Source: Rhynchobatus australiae (Eukaryota). Taken from it: a stretch of 64,000 nt of DNA. The stretch's first letter is position 1, and every line of letters starts with the position of its first letter. Below, in pieces: positions 51,775 through 63,940 of the stretch. Where the stretch lies: the NCBI GenBank assembly GCA_034780895.1, contig JAUZTB010000069.1, positions 20,733,509 to 20,797,508 on the forward strand, given 5' to 3'. The position numbers were made by a program, and so were the translations under genes. The notes under the pieces were generated by a model that was not told where the DNA came from, searched no databases, and saw only the letters and a program-made list of their open reading frames with translations.

Positions 51775-52222
51775 GGAACATAGAACATTACAGCACAGTA
51801 CAGGCCCTTTGGCCCACGGTGTTGTGCCAACATTTTATCCTGCTCTAAGATCTATCTAACCCTTCCCTCTCACACAGCCCCCCATTCACGTGTCTATCTA
51901 AGAGTCTCTTAAATGTCCCTAATGTATCTGTCCCCACAACCTCTGCCNNNNNNNNNNNNNNNNNNNNNNNNNNNNNNNNNNNNNNNNNNNNNNNNNNNNN
52001 NNNNNNNNNNNNNNNNNNNNNNNNNNNNNNNNNNNNNNNNNNNNNNNTCTAACAATCTCTTGAACTTGACCAACGTATCTGCCTCCACAACCTCTGCCAG
52101 CAGTGCATTCCATGCACTCACCACTCTCCGTGTAAAAAACTTACCCTTGATATCCCCGTTACATCTTCCTCCAATCACCTTAAAATTATATCCCCTTATG
52201 TTAGCCATTGTTACCCTGGGAA
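51775..52222 (-). mobile_element. CR1-type LINE 3' end nested in an older L2/CR1-group fragment (about 51650-52480, plus strand)
   Basis: ANIRGYNFKVIGG...FFTRRVVSAWNAL with tail agaacattacagcacagtacaggccc. The host element resumes at aagggacaagtgcagcaggcacatg...ggacaattagg. Confidence 0.85.
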
Positions 52223-52784
52223 AAGGGACAAGTGCAGCAGGCACATGAGAACACCACCATCCACGCGTTCCTTCCAACTTGCACACTATCCTAACTTGCA
52301 GTTATATGGGCAGTCCTTCAGTGTCACTGGATCTCCATCCTGAAACTCCCCCACTTAACAGCACCATGGGAGTCACTTCACCAAAAGGACGGCAGCAGGT
52401 CGGGAAGGCAGCTCACCACTATCTTCCCGAGGACAATTAGGCACTGGCAATAAACAAACGCTGGTCTTGCAAACAATGCTCAGATGCTGAAAAATGCATA
52501 CATTTTTTAAAAAGTGGGAAATATTGAAGGACATTGTTTTGTCACTTCATTTTTAACAACAGTCGTTCATCAATCCCAGTAGGACAATATTTTATTCATG
52601 GTTTGCTCTGTGAAGTTGCTATTCAAAGGGACACTCACAGCTTCTGCAACTGCTGCTTAAAATGCAGGAGACACACATCTTAAGCTATCAAGATTCCACC
52701 CAGTGACTCTGCCGCTACATAATATCCACACAACTCACAACTATCCCATATATTAGCTTGGGCAGTTCCAGTCGAGTTTATAGT

Positions 52785-53220
52785 CACGTGCTCAGGTATG
52801 GTGAGTATAAAGAAAACCTTGCTTGCAGCAGCATTGCAGGGACATAGGTACAGACAGTATACAGAATATAGTTAGACATAAATTATACCATACACTGGAA
52901 AAAAGACTGTGCAATAACAAGACCTTTGGGTAAAGAAAAACAATCGAAGACCAGTCCATGGTAGTTCCATTGCTGAGGTAGGGTTAGGATCATGCAGGTT
53001 GGGTCACAAACCTGATGGTTGTAGGNNNNNNNNNNNNNNNNNNNNNNNNNNNNNNNNNNNNNNNNNNNNNNNNNNNNNNNNNNNNNNNNNNNNNNNNNNN
53101 NNNNNNNNNNNNNNNNNNNNNNNNNAGGTTGGGTCACAAACCTGATGGTTGTAGGAAAGTAGTTGTCCCTGAACCTGGTGGTGTGAGACTTCAAGTTACT
53201 GTACTTGCTGCCTGACAGTG
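52785..53220 (-). mobile_element. Rex1/Babar-type LINE 3' end
   Basis: LSGSKYSNLKSHTTRFRDNYFPTTIRF within ORF 52883-53311; tail aggttttctttatactcaccatacctgagcacgtgactataaac. Confidence 0.75.
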
Positions 53221-53487
53221 CCCTTACACAAAGCTGATCCCTTCTTTCTTCTGCTACTTCCATCAGCACTTCCAGATCTCTCTCTGAGAACCTTGGACAT
53301 GCCCCTGGCATCAGTATAATCCCTGTACTGCTTTGTCAAACACACAGAACTTGCTGCGGTCTGGATTTGGTGATGTTGGAGCAGATCCTTTAAAGACTGT
53401 AATCCATACAGCTGGCTGCAGGACAAACAGCAGGCAGGTGTTTGAGATTGGAACGGTGGTGCTGTTTCATAGCTCTATTTGCCATAT

Positions 53488-53830
53488 GAGAATATGTGAA
53501 TAAAAGCTGGAGTAGGCCATTTGGCCCCTCTTGCCTGCTCTGCCATTCAATAAGATCATGGCTAATCTTTTACCTCAGCATGACTACACTATTACACGAA
53601 CCCCATCTCCCTCAATTCCCTGAAGATCTAAAATTCTATTGATTGCCATCTTGAATATACTCAGCAACTGAACCTCTACAGCCTTCTTTGATAGAGAATT
53701 CCAAAGATTCCTTTAAGTCAAGAAATCTTTTCTCATCTCTGTTCTGCAGGCTTGACCCCTCATTTTGAGACTGTGACCCCTGATTCCAGTTAGGGGAATT
53801 GTCATGCCTGCTTCTACCCTGTCAAGCTCA
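53488..53830 (-). mobile_element. CR1-type LINE 3' end
   Basis: ggagtaggccatttggcccctcttgcctgctctgccattcaataagatcatggct...agagaattccaaagattc. Confidence 0.8.
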
Positions 53831-56777
53831 ATATCGAGTGTGTATATTTCAAGGCAGTCTGAGTGACACCATAAATGTTAACAACTGAAAATCACAATGC
53901 AATCCTCCATAATTGGCACACAGTAACAAATTAACACTACAATGCTTTATGTATGCTTTGTCACCTGATTCCAGTATCTGGGCCACAATGTGATGGGGAC
54001 AGAGCTGAATATTTAACAGTATAATTACAAGATGGAGAATGGTCCCAAATGCAACAGCTGGCAGTCAATAGGGAAGCAAATATTGATTGGTGAAGGAGAA
54101 ACTGATGCTCAGGGAGTCTGTTGGTATCCAAAGGAAGCAGATGGATGGTGGGGTGGTGAAACTTTACTTGATAGCTTGATGGACTGAGGGGACCCACTCT
54201 GCTCCACAGGTGGTCTTCTCGGTGCACTATCCCTACAGTTTTTGCCCTTCTTGCCTGGTTTTGGCTGCAGGGTTCCACAAGGGATTCCAGTTCCCCTGTT
54301 GAGAAAGCCTAGAAATTCCATGGAGCAGCAAAGCTCAACGGTATTTCATCAAAAACCTAACCTCTAAATGTGATCAGGTCCTGAGGCCGCCAGGAGCACA
54401 ATTCCAGACTTTTGTTTGAGGTTCTCGTGTCTTTGAGGTGCTTCACTTGACATGCTCCATTGCAAACTGCATGCAAACATTCTTTTCAATGACATTTGTA
54501 CAAAATTGTTCTGTGGGTGCCTGGCTCTCAAATAACTCATGTTTCACAAAGAAGGCCCTAACTAGACTGCTTTTATGAAACTTGCAACCTTACCTGGATG
54601 CTACAGGAATGTATGAGGTGTTCATTATCTTTCAAGTATCCTTGAGTATCTTTGTTAAGATGGCTTCCATCCACTCTCCTTTCATTTCCACTGTCCTCAG
54701 GCTCCATGAACATCCGCTCTGATCCTGTCCCCAACTGACTCCCTGCAGCCGACCTCCATGATCATTTTGCTGACCAAAGTTCCGACTGCCTCCCTCCTGC
54801 TGTCCTCTTTCTACTTCAAACAATCTTCTGCTTCCCACTGTGACACTCTGCCCTACCCCAGCACCATTGGTCTTCATGGAAGAGCCACACTAGCCAGAGT
54901 TCACAGATGAAAGGCCTTTGTGTGAGATTCCTTGTCCTGAGGTGAATTCTGCCATTGTTCTACCATGCATGATGCCTTGGGTCTTGATACTGCTTTGACT
55001 GGGAGTTGAAGGTTAGCCTTACACAAATCTGACGTGGATCAAACCTTATTCAGCACATGTGATAATTTCTAGACCAATTGGGGTCAATCTCTCCATGACG
55101 TTTGAATTACCAACTCCTTTTCTATGAACAGATTGGTCAACCATGCCTCATCCCACCTCTATTAAAACTAGAAGTGGGCACATTTGATTCCTGCTCCAGT
55201 TTATTCTTTTGCAGTTTACCTCTGACATGATTCCAAGCCAACCATTTTTGTGATTTAAGATTCATCCCGAAAGTCGAACAGAAGCTGCAAGCAAGAAGAA
55301 GCTGGAAGGANNNNNNNNNNNNNNNNNNNNNNNNNNNNNNNNNNNNNNNNNNNNNNNNNNNNNNNNNNNNNNNNNNNNNNNNNNNNNNNNNNNNNNNNNN
55401 NNNNNNNNNNGGAAGGAAAGCTGAAATTCCTGGGTCACAGTGACCAGAAACAGCAGCTCATAACATTAGTAGTTCTTGTTAATGGACAAAAATAAAATTC
55501 AAAATACTTGTAAAGATTTGGCAATCATTTTCTCAGATGTGAGAGGAAACTCATCCACTTGGCCCGCAATCCTGAAGACTCATTAAAACCAGATTAGAAA
55601 CACAGTAAACATGGATTCTAATCTATTTTCTGGGCTTCAAGCTCCATAAAAGTAACATCTTAAGTTAGAAGGGGGCAAAAACTGCCCAACACTCATGTGT
55701 GGCCTACAGGCCACCAACACTACAATAGTTGAGATAAGGAATGTCATCGTCAGAGGTTTTATCAATACCTCTGGCATTCATTTCCGCAAATCTTGGGTGA
55801 AAGCATTGTGCAATCAGATTGTAAAGATTGCAAAGATATACAGAATAATGTGGGAGTCAAGAACCTGTGCACGTGATAATCATTAGGTAATGCATTACAG
55901 GTAAACAGCATAAGGATAAAGGTTGCGATTCCCTTCAACAACTTCTCCTCATTCAAGTATCATTGTTACATCATTTTCCCTTCACACAAAAGCTGAATCT
56001 CGATCTCTTCTTCCCCTTTTCTATCAAGCAAATCAGTGTCTTCTACTTTTTTGCTATTCTCCAGCAGTTCGAATCCCACCTAATCCCTTTACAATCTGAA
56101 CTATGAATCAGGGCTCTTTGTTCCGGCAGCTCCAGGCACCACAATTTAACTACTCTCACTTGACAAAAAACAGAACCACTCAAGCAGCATACAAAGTAAC
56201 AAAGGAAACCCAATGACGTGTCCACCGATTACAAATGCAGATAAGGCTGTACCAGCTTATCTTCCACATCTGACTTGCATAACCTCGATTATGATTTTAT
56301 CTGAATTCAGTACACTTCCTTTTTAAATCATAGGAGAATAATTTGTATAATTCAGAAAGTAATGTGCATGCAACACAAAACTGTTGGAACATGAATGGAG
56401 AATAGATCGAGGCAGCAGTGTAAACGTTTACCCAATAAGTAACGAAGATTTCATGGATGATAAAAATCAGCTCTGATTGTGTTTGTCATGAAAGATAAAT
56501 TATGTTTTTCACTAAATCATTATTCATTAAAAGATACAGCAAAATTTCCACAAATTAGTCATTTCAATGACAATGAAACTATTTGTGTCTTGCACTTGCA
56601 ATGTCACTGTTCTCATCGTGGGACACTGTTGAGGAATTCTTTACCTCACAGAGACTTTAGTTTATAGACGCCATGTATCATGGAAAGGAGTCAAGAGAAA
56701 AATTACCACAAGTTATTCAATATATAAATGGGGGCATCTTCACAACCTCAAAATATTTTACACTGAATTCTGACATT

Positions 56778-57022
56778 GGGGAGGAGATACAGGAGTCTGA
56801 AGACCCACACTCAATGATTCAGAAGCAGCTTCTTTCCCTCCACCATCAGATTTCCGAACGGTCCATGAACCCATGAACACTACCTCGTTATTCCTTTTTT
56901 TTTTGCACTATTTATTTATTTTTGTAATTTATAGTACTTCCATGCCTTTGCACTGTACTGCTGCCACAAAAATAACAAATTTCCCGTCATTTAAGTCAGT
57001 GATAATAAATCTGATTCTGATT
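56778..57022 (+). mobile_element. Rex1/Babar-type LINE 3' end, second subfamily
   Basis: Encodes GRRYRSLKTHTQ*FRSSFFPSTIRF; tail gtcagtgataataaatctgattctgatt, which also occurs at 20440-20475. Confidence 0.8.
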
Positions 57023-58079
57023 CATGGAAGAATTGGAGGATACTGTTCATATCTTATTTGACAGGTTACTGATCCCAGCCAGATCTGACTGGAAGGTGGT
57101 GAAAAGATGCTCTGCCTNNNNNNNNNNNNNNNNNNNNNNNNNNNNNNNNNNNNNNNNNNNNNNNNNNNNNNNNNNNNNNNNNNNNNNNNNNNNNNNNNNN
57201 NNNNNNNNNNNNNNNNNNNNNNNNNNNNNNNNNNNNNNNNNNNNNNNNNNNNNNNNNNNNNNNNNNNNNNNNNNNNNNNNNNNNNNNNNNNNNNNNNNNN
57301 NNNNNNNNNNNNNNNNNNNNNNNNNNNNNNNNNNNNNNNNNNNNNNNNNNNNNNNNNNNNNNNNNNNNNNNNNNNNNNNNNNNNNNNNNNNNNNNNNNNN
57401 NNNNNNNNNNNNNNNNNNNNNNNNNNNNNNNNNNNNNNNNNNNNNNNNNNNNNNNNNNNNNNNNNNNNNNNNNNNNNNNNNNNNNNNNNNNNNNNNNNNN
57501 NNNNNNNNNNNNNNNNNNNNNNNNNNNNNNNNNNNNNNNNNNNNNNNNNNNNNNNNNNNNNNNNNNNNNNNNNNNNNNNNNNNNNNNNNNNNNNNNNNNN
57601 NNNNNNNNNNNNNTGGAATGGTTTATAAAGCATTAAAATGTCAGGGATCAGCAAATCAGCACTCCTAGCCTGGATAAGAAAGTAATCACACTTGTGCTCA
57701 TGAAGAAAGATTTTCAGCTGGTGACCTCCATCACAACGTCCATGTGGAAATATTTAAGATACAGTAAAACAGCATCAATGAATGGGGCAAGTGTTAACCT
57801 AGTTGTTTTATAAGAATCAAACAGCAAAGAAAAGCTAACAGCAACATTTACAAGTTTTATTTTAAAGTTTATTAGCCCAGCATTTCTGCTGCAGTCTGTG
57901 ATTCCGGCCTGGAGTACAATTCAACAAATGCTAACAGTCTTCTCGAGGCCTTGGCCAAGAGGCTTGTTCTTAACGTATTAGCTGAGGATATAAGTGTTGG
58001 CAGATTCTACAGTCATCGAGGTGCTGCAGCCAAAGTTATCCTATCCTGGGCTGATATTTGCAGGAATCACTGTATTACA

Positions 58080-58420
58080 CAGCAGAGTGGTGCAGCTCGA
58101 TGAGCTGCTGCCTCACAATTCCAGTGTCCCAGCTTTAGTCTGATCTCCGGTGCCATTTGAGTGGAGTTTGCACATTCTCCCTGTGACTGTGTGGGTTTCT
58201 TCTTAGTGCTCCCACATCCCAAAGATGTGCAGTCTGATAGATTAATTGGTCACTCTATGTTGCCCCTCGTGTGTAGGTGAGTACTAGAATTTGGGGGAAG
58301 TTGATGAGAACGTGGAGAGAATAAAAAATGGGATTAATATAGGATGAGTGTAAATAGGTGCAGGATGCTCTGCAGACCTGGAAGTGGGCTGAGGGGCTGT
58401 TTCCAGGTTGTATGATGACT
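58080..58420 (+). mobile_element. V-SINE (HE1-like)
   Basis: gagctgctgcctcaca...gtggagtttgcacattctccctgtgactgtgtgggtttc...cccacatcccaaagatgtg; CR1-like tail. Confidence 0.85.
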
Positions 58421-58421
58421 T

Positions 58422-58481
58422 TAATAACTGGCGTAAGCAAATTACAAAGGATAATAACTGGTGTATGCAAATTACTAAGGA
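58422..58481. repeat. 30-bp tandem duplication
   Basis: taataactggcgtaagcaaattacaaagga followed by taataactggtgtatgcaaattactaagga. Confidence 0.85.
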
Positions 58482-59249
58482 CAAAGGATACCAACAGTGG
58501 AACATTTATGCTCCAAACCCACAGCACTTTTTGGCCTTGAGCTTCATGGAGATAGGCTCAGCAACTCGGTTCTTGTTCAGGCACCTCAGCAGTGAAGACC
58601 ATTATCTTTTGGGGTTGAGGGAAGAGGGGTTGAGACAGTTGATCATAGAGTGGTACAGCATGGAAANNNNNNNNNNNNNNNNNNNNNNNNNNNNNNNNNN
58701 NNNNNNNNNNNNNNNNNNNNNNNNNNNNNNNNNNNNNNNNNNNNNNNNNNNNNNNNNNNNNNNNNNNNNNNNNNNNNNNNNNNNNNNNNNNNNNNNNNNN
58801 NNNNNNNNNNNNNNNNNNNNNNNNNNNNNNNNNNNNNNNNNNNNNNNNNNNNNNNNNNNNNNNNNNNNNNNNNNNNNNNNNNNNNNNNNNNNNNNNNNNN
58901 NNNNNNNNNNNNNNNNNNNNNNNNNNNNNNNNNNNNNNNNNNNNNNNNNNNNNNNNNNNNNNNNNNNNNNNNNNNNNNNNNNNNNNNNNNNNNNNNNNNN
59001 NNNNNNNNNNNNNNNNNNNNNNNNNNNNNNNNNNNNNNNNNNNNNNNNNNNNNNAGTTTAATTGGCCCAAATATGTAATGGGTGGTAAAGTGATGGGCGT
59101 CGATGGAAATATGGGGAGAGTGAGAGGAGATTAGTGTAGGATTAGTGTAAGTGGGTGCTTGATGATCGGCCTGGACCCAGTGGACCGAAGGGCCTGCTCC
59201 TGCACCGTATGACCATTGGGGAAGCAGTTGTTTTGTTATGGAGGGAACA

Positions 59250-59610
59250 CAGAACATTCTCTCTTCTCCCCCCTCCCCTTGGGCAGAAGATACAAAAGCC
59301 TGAAAGTACGTACCACCAGGCTCAAGGACAGTTTCTGCCCTGCTGTAATAAGATTATTGAACGGTCCCATTGTACGACAAGATGAACTCCTGACCTCACA
59401 ATCTCCCTCATTATGGCCTTGCACCTTATTGTCTGCCTGCACTGCATTTTCTCTGTCACTGTAACACTACATTCGGCACTCTGGTATTGCTTTTCCCTCG
59501 TATTACCTCGATGTACTGATGTGATGAAATGATCTGTATGGAAGGCATGCAAAACAAAGTTTTTCACTGTACCTTGGCACGTGTGACAATAATAAAGCAA
59601 TTACCAATTA
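59250..59610 (+). mobile_element. Rex1/Babar-type LINE 3' end
   Basis: HSLFSPLPLGRRYKSLKVRTTRLKDSFCPAVIRLLN; tail gtttttcactgtaccttggcacgtgtgacaataataaag. Homologous to 42495-42890. Confidence 0.85.
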
Positions 59611-60027
59611 GGAAGCAACTGTGATGCACTAGTTGTGAAGCTGACAGGAGTGCAACCACATATTCCAGCTCCACAACTCTGTGCTCCAAGAACATCATCC
59701 ATGATATTCCATGCCTGAAAATTCAACTAATTTTATATTCACGAGGGGCCCTGAGGCCAAAGGGCATGCTGTCCAAGACTTTACCATGGGCATGAAATCA
59801 TCCCATGCACGACTGGATGTGCACATGGTCGATCTGCAACCAGAAGAGCCTGGTCATATTTCTCAAGTGCAGTGACCTGACCCAGAAATGGTCACAATTT
59901 AGAATTCCCTCTGGAAAGAAGCAATTTCACTCAGGAGGCCTGAAACAAGCAATGGTGTGCATATGAAACTCAAGTACACTCCAACTTGCATGGAGACACT
60001 GTTTTAAAATTGGGTCATGTGTTTTTA

Positions 60028-60258
60028 TGCACGGTAGTGTAGCGGTTAGCGTGACGCTATTACAGCGCCAGCAATTGGCGTCGCTGTCTGTAAGGAGTTT
60101 GGATGTTCTGCCCGTGTCTGCGTGGGTTTCCTCCGGGTGCTCTGGTTTCCTCCCACATTCCAAATATGGGTTTTAACGTGGGTTTAAAATCGGCAGCACG
60201 GACTCATTGGGCTGGAAGGGCCTGTTACTATGCTGTAAATAAAAATTTAAAATTTAAT
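60028..60258 (+). mobile_element. Young V-SINE with internal deletions
   Basis: gcacggtagtgtagcggttagcgtgacgctattacagcgccagc, V-domain, and tail gggctggaagggcctgttactatgctgtaaataaaaatttaaaatttaa. Confidence 0.9.
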
Positions 60259-61863
60259 AGGACACTTCAATTTCTTTGAAAAGTACAACATTTTTGAAAA
60301 TCTTGAACTTCCCATCTGGATCACCAAGTCCTGAATTTCCTTTCATTGTCAGACCTGTGGACCCATCAATGTGCAATGTGTTGGTCTGGCTATGTTACTT
60401 CACTGGGTGACGAAAGTGTGTGTTCACAGTTGTTGACTAGTTTAAGGCAAATAAGTCCTTGCCCTCCTGTGGTAACAACATGAAGATTTTGAACACTGAA
60501 CCTCACTTACAAGACATTGGTACACTGAATAACCTGAACCAAAACGCGATAAAAAAAGAAAGAGAAAATCGATGACAAGTCCTTGCGATATGTTGCATGT
60601 TCAGAGCTCAGTTTTATTTGAGACAGGTTAATTTTCCTGTGCAACGGGGCACATATTAGCAACGGGATTCCTTCGGCTAGTAAAAAAACTCTTGGGATGC
60701 ATGGTATCAGCCGTAAAATGGCCTTTCACATTCTGGTGACTGTACCGGCCTTCGGATTGGAGGAACTGCTAGGTTTCCTGGTACATCGTGACCAGGGCAG
60801 ATATACAAAAAGAAATATCCAGCAGATAATTTTTGCAAGATTTTGCAAACCTATCGAGTGCTGTCTCCTTGGACAAAGAGAATTGTTTGATTGAGTGGAA
60901 TGAAATTATCTTCTTTTCACCTTGAGATAATTATGGTTTGGTCCCAAAATTGTCAAATGGGATTGACATTGTTGAGACAGAGCTATGGGTCTCAAACCTA
61001 TGTTCTAAAATGTTATCAAGGTTTATTTTTCTAAGACAGTACACGAGACAGGTTTTATTTTATCATTGCTTTTGTCTGGCCTGGTATAAACAAATAGAAG
61101 GCAATTATTTTCAAGGTTTTAATAGCTTCTCTCTTTTAATAGTTGGAAATATGCAGAGAGTTGGTCTCTCAATAGGTCATTTCTGACTGCTGCAGTCCAG
61201 AACCAAAATATCTACTCACATTGGTGGCTACAAAATAAGTACTCAATATACATTATATGGTCCAATTTTAACATCCCAATGGCACTGTGTGTGTGGAGGG
61301 GTAGGAATCTACCAGTTTATAGGAAACAGAGAGATGTGAGCAGTTTTTAAATCAGAACACCCAATTAGCATATTCTTTCAGGGTTTGCCAACAATTACAT
61401 GTGCAAACATGAGGTCAAGACACACAACTTGGTTTCAGCTCCATTCTTTCAAGGGATATTGCAAATATGGCACATGACTTGCTCTGTCCTTAGCTTCACA
61501 ATCCAATCCAGTTGACAGGAAAGTGAAGAGAATAAAATGGAATTAATGCAGGGTGAATGTAACTGAGTGCTTAATTTTACACGGATTTGGTGGGTTGAAG
61601 AACGTGTTTTCATGCTGTATGACTCTATAACTGTCTATTGCAATGGAGAAACATCCATGGTACAGGGAAGAGCAAAACTGTCAAGGCAACAATTATTTTT
61701 AAATCTGGAAGTTGGAAGTCAGAATGGAAAATTGACCCNNNNNNNNNNNNNNNNNNNNNNNNNNNNNNNNNNNNNNNNNNNNNNNNNNNNNNNNNNNNNN
61801 NNNNNNNNNNNNNNNNNNNNNNNNNNNNNNNNNNNNNNCCCAGCTTCACTCAGTTAGGGAAGG

Positions 61864-62104
61864 TTACCTGAAATTGTTAAATTCAATGTTAAATCCCAAG
61901 GGCTGCAATGTATCCAGTCAGAAGATGGGGTGCTGTTCCTTGAATTTATGTTGAGCATCATTGAAACAATGTGGTAGACTGTAGACTGAGAAGTCAGGAT
62001 TGTTCTGGATGGAGAATTAAAGTCACAGGCAACAGAAAGCTCAAGGGTCACTCTTGTAGTTTGATTGAAGGTGTCCTGTAAAATGGTCACTCAATCCACA
62101 TCTA
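61864..62104 (-). mobile_element. Penelope-like element GIY-YIG endonuclease C-terminus, pseudogenized
   Basis: Manual translation across frameshifts gives GLSDHFTGHLQS...ELSVACDFNSPS...HCFNDAQHKFKEQHPIF*LDTLQPLGFNIEFNNFR*, matching the PLE end motif (DRF.EHL...VA.HFN...EQ.LIF.L.TLQP.G.N.EF). Confidence 0.75.
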
Positions 62105-63529
62105 ATCTTATCTTGTTTAATTCCAGTAGTAATAAAGATGAGTTTATCACAAACAAATGTATCACTTTGAACCAACGTAAGATATCCATTCAGCTATAGA
62201 TAAATGTGAGGCGATTTCAGAGCAACCCCACTCTTGCACAGGATGTTCTGCTGTTGTCTTATTAGATGGAATAGGCATAAAATTATTGACTTGGAGTGAA
62301 CTTTAACTGTTAACTCACGATCATTTGTCAAAAAACAGGTCTTGTACAATCAGAACTTTCTTTTAATAACAATGAAAACCAAAATTACTGTTGAATAACT
62401 TGTGTGGCCTGAAAAACTAATTTTACAAGTATGGAGTCTCCTTTCCCCTGAGAAAAATTTAGAAGTTGCATGTTAAAAAATAAAACCTTTAATAAATGTG
62501 TTTTGCAACATCATTTTCTTTTTTACTTAAGGCACATCTCCCCATCTGCATATGTTTAGCTATATGTTTCCTTATTTTTACTTGCTGCTATGCTAACCGA
62601 GAGGATTCTTTACTCTGACTGATTGATCAGTCTCTCTGCTGCCAGTCCCAGCAGATCTCCTGTAGAAGCTTCAGAATTTAAAATGACATTGGAAAAGAAG
62701 TAGTTTGTGCATGGAACCTATTAAGTATTCGAGCGTGTCTTTTCTCGAGGTGAAGAGTGAGAAGTGCTGCTTAATTTCTGACCACAGAATGAATGCTTAA
62801 TGCAGAGAAAAACTTCAGCAGCAACAGGAACAATCCATGGTTGAGCCAGCTTCTGCTTTATCCAGATTCTCACTGATTTTACTTTGGTGTCATTTCTTGC
62901 CTCGCCACTTTTGCCATCACCCTGGTTCTGCTTACCAGTAGACCACTTCTGTCTCACCCAGAATGTTCTACTTATGGAAAGTTCAAAGTATATTCCTTAT
63001 TTTAGCCTTGCTGGATATAACAGAGAAATACTTGAAACATTACATTCTCTTCACGACTTGAGTTGCATTTTGCTGCAGTACCTTCCTTCACTCTTTTCTG
63101 CTTGATATTATTGGGTAGGTGCTGATACGAGAGTAGATGTAGTAGTATCACTGTTAATTACTTAACCATACACTTCGTCTGGAAAATGTTAGATCCAACT
63201 GCATAAACAGTTTCAGTTTGGATTTAAGGAAAGTTATAATAAAGCTAAAAATACTGGAAGCACTGGAAATAGCAGGTCAGAAAGTACAGAGAAACTCAAG
63301 ATTTTTAGGGAGAGCTTGCTGACGAAAGATCAATCTGCCTTTAATCAGTTCCAGATGCTAACTCACCTGCTCGGCCATTTCAGCAGTTTCTATCACTTGT
63401 TTCCTGTCTTCAGTAACTTTTTTTTTAATATTTGTGCCACAAAGAAACTTTGAATTTTTGGTTACTTCTGAAAAAAGAACCTCCAGCTCACACGAGAAAA
63501 ATGAACGAGTGGAGCAGTAAATGAGTGAC

Positions 63530-63630
63530 GGAAAGCAACAGCCTGCAGGAGGAGCTCAGCGGATCGAGCAGCGTCTGTGGGGGGATAGGAATCGTTGACG
63601 TTTTGTGTCAAGACTGTGCATCAGGCTGAG
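63530..63630 (-). mobile_element. Penelope-like terminal repeat remnant
   Basis: Minus strand cagcctgatgcacagtcttgacacaaaacgtcaac...acagacgctgctcgatccgctgagctcctcc. Confidence 0.75.
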
Positions 63631-63774
63631 TAATGGAAAGTATCTGGAGAATTTTCCTGTTCACTCAGATGCACTCACATATTTTACAAGGTGCTTCGCA
63701 AACAGTCATGATCTAAAATGGGATCCATCCTTTACAAATTCTTTACAACCCTTTACAAATCAGGCAACTTCAGG

Positions 63775-63940
63775 AGCACCTCCTGAACCCATGACCTCGA
63801 CCACCAAGAAGGATAAGGGCAGCAGAGAACTTCAACAAGTTTCCTCTCTAAATCACACACCATCCTGATGTGGAAAAATATCACTTCATCATCACATCAC
63901 CGAAATCATTGAATACCCTCCCCAACAGTACTTTGGAAAT
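63775..63940 (+). mobile_element. Old L2/CR1-group LINE 3' fragment
   Basis: accaccaagaaggataagggcagcag...aagtttcctctctaaatcacacaccatcctga, homologous to 51760-52300. Confidence 0.55.
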
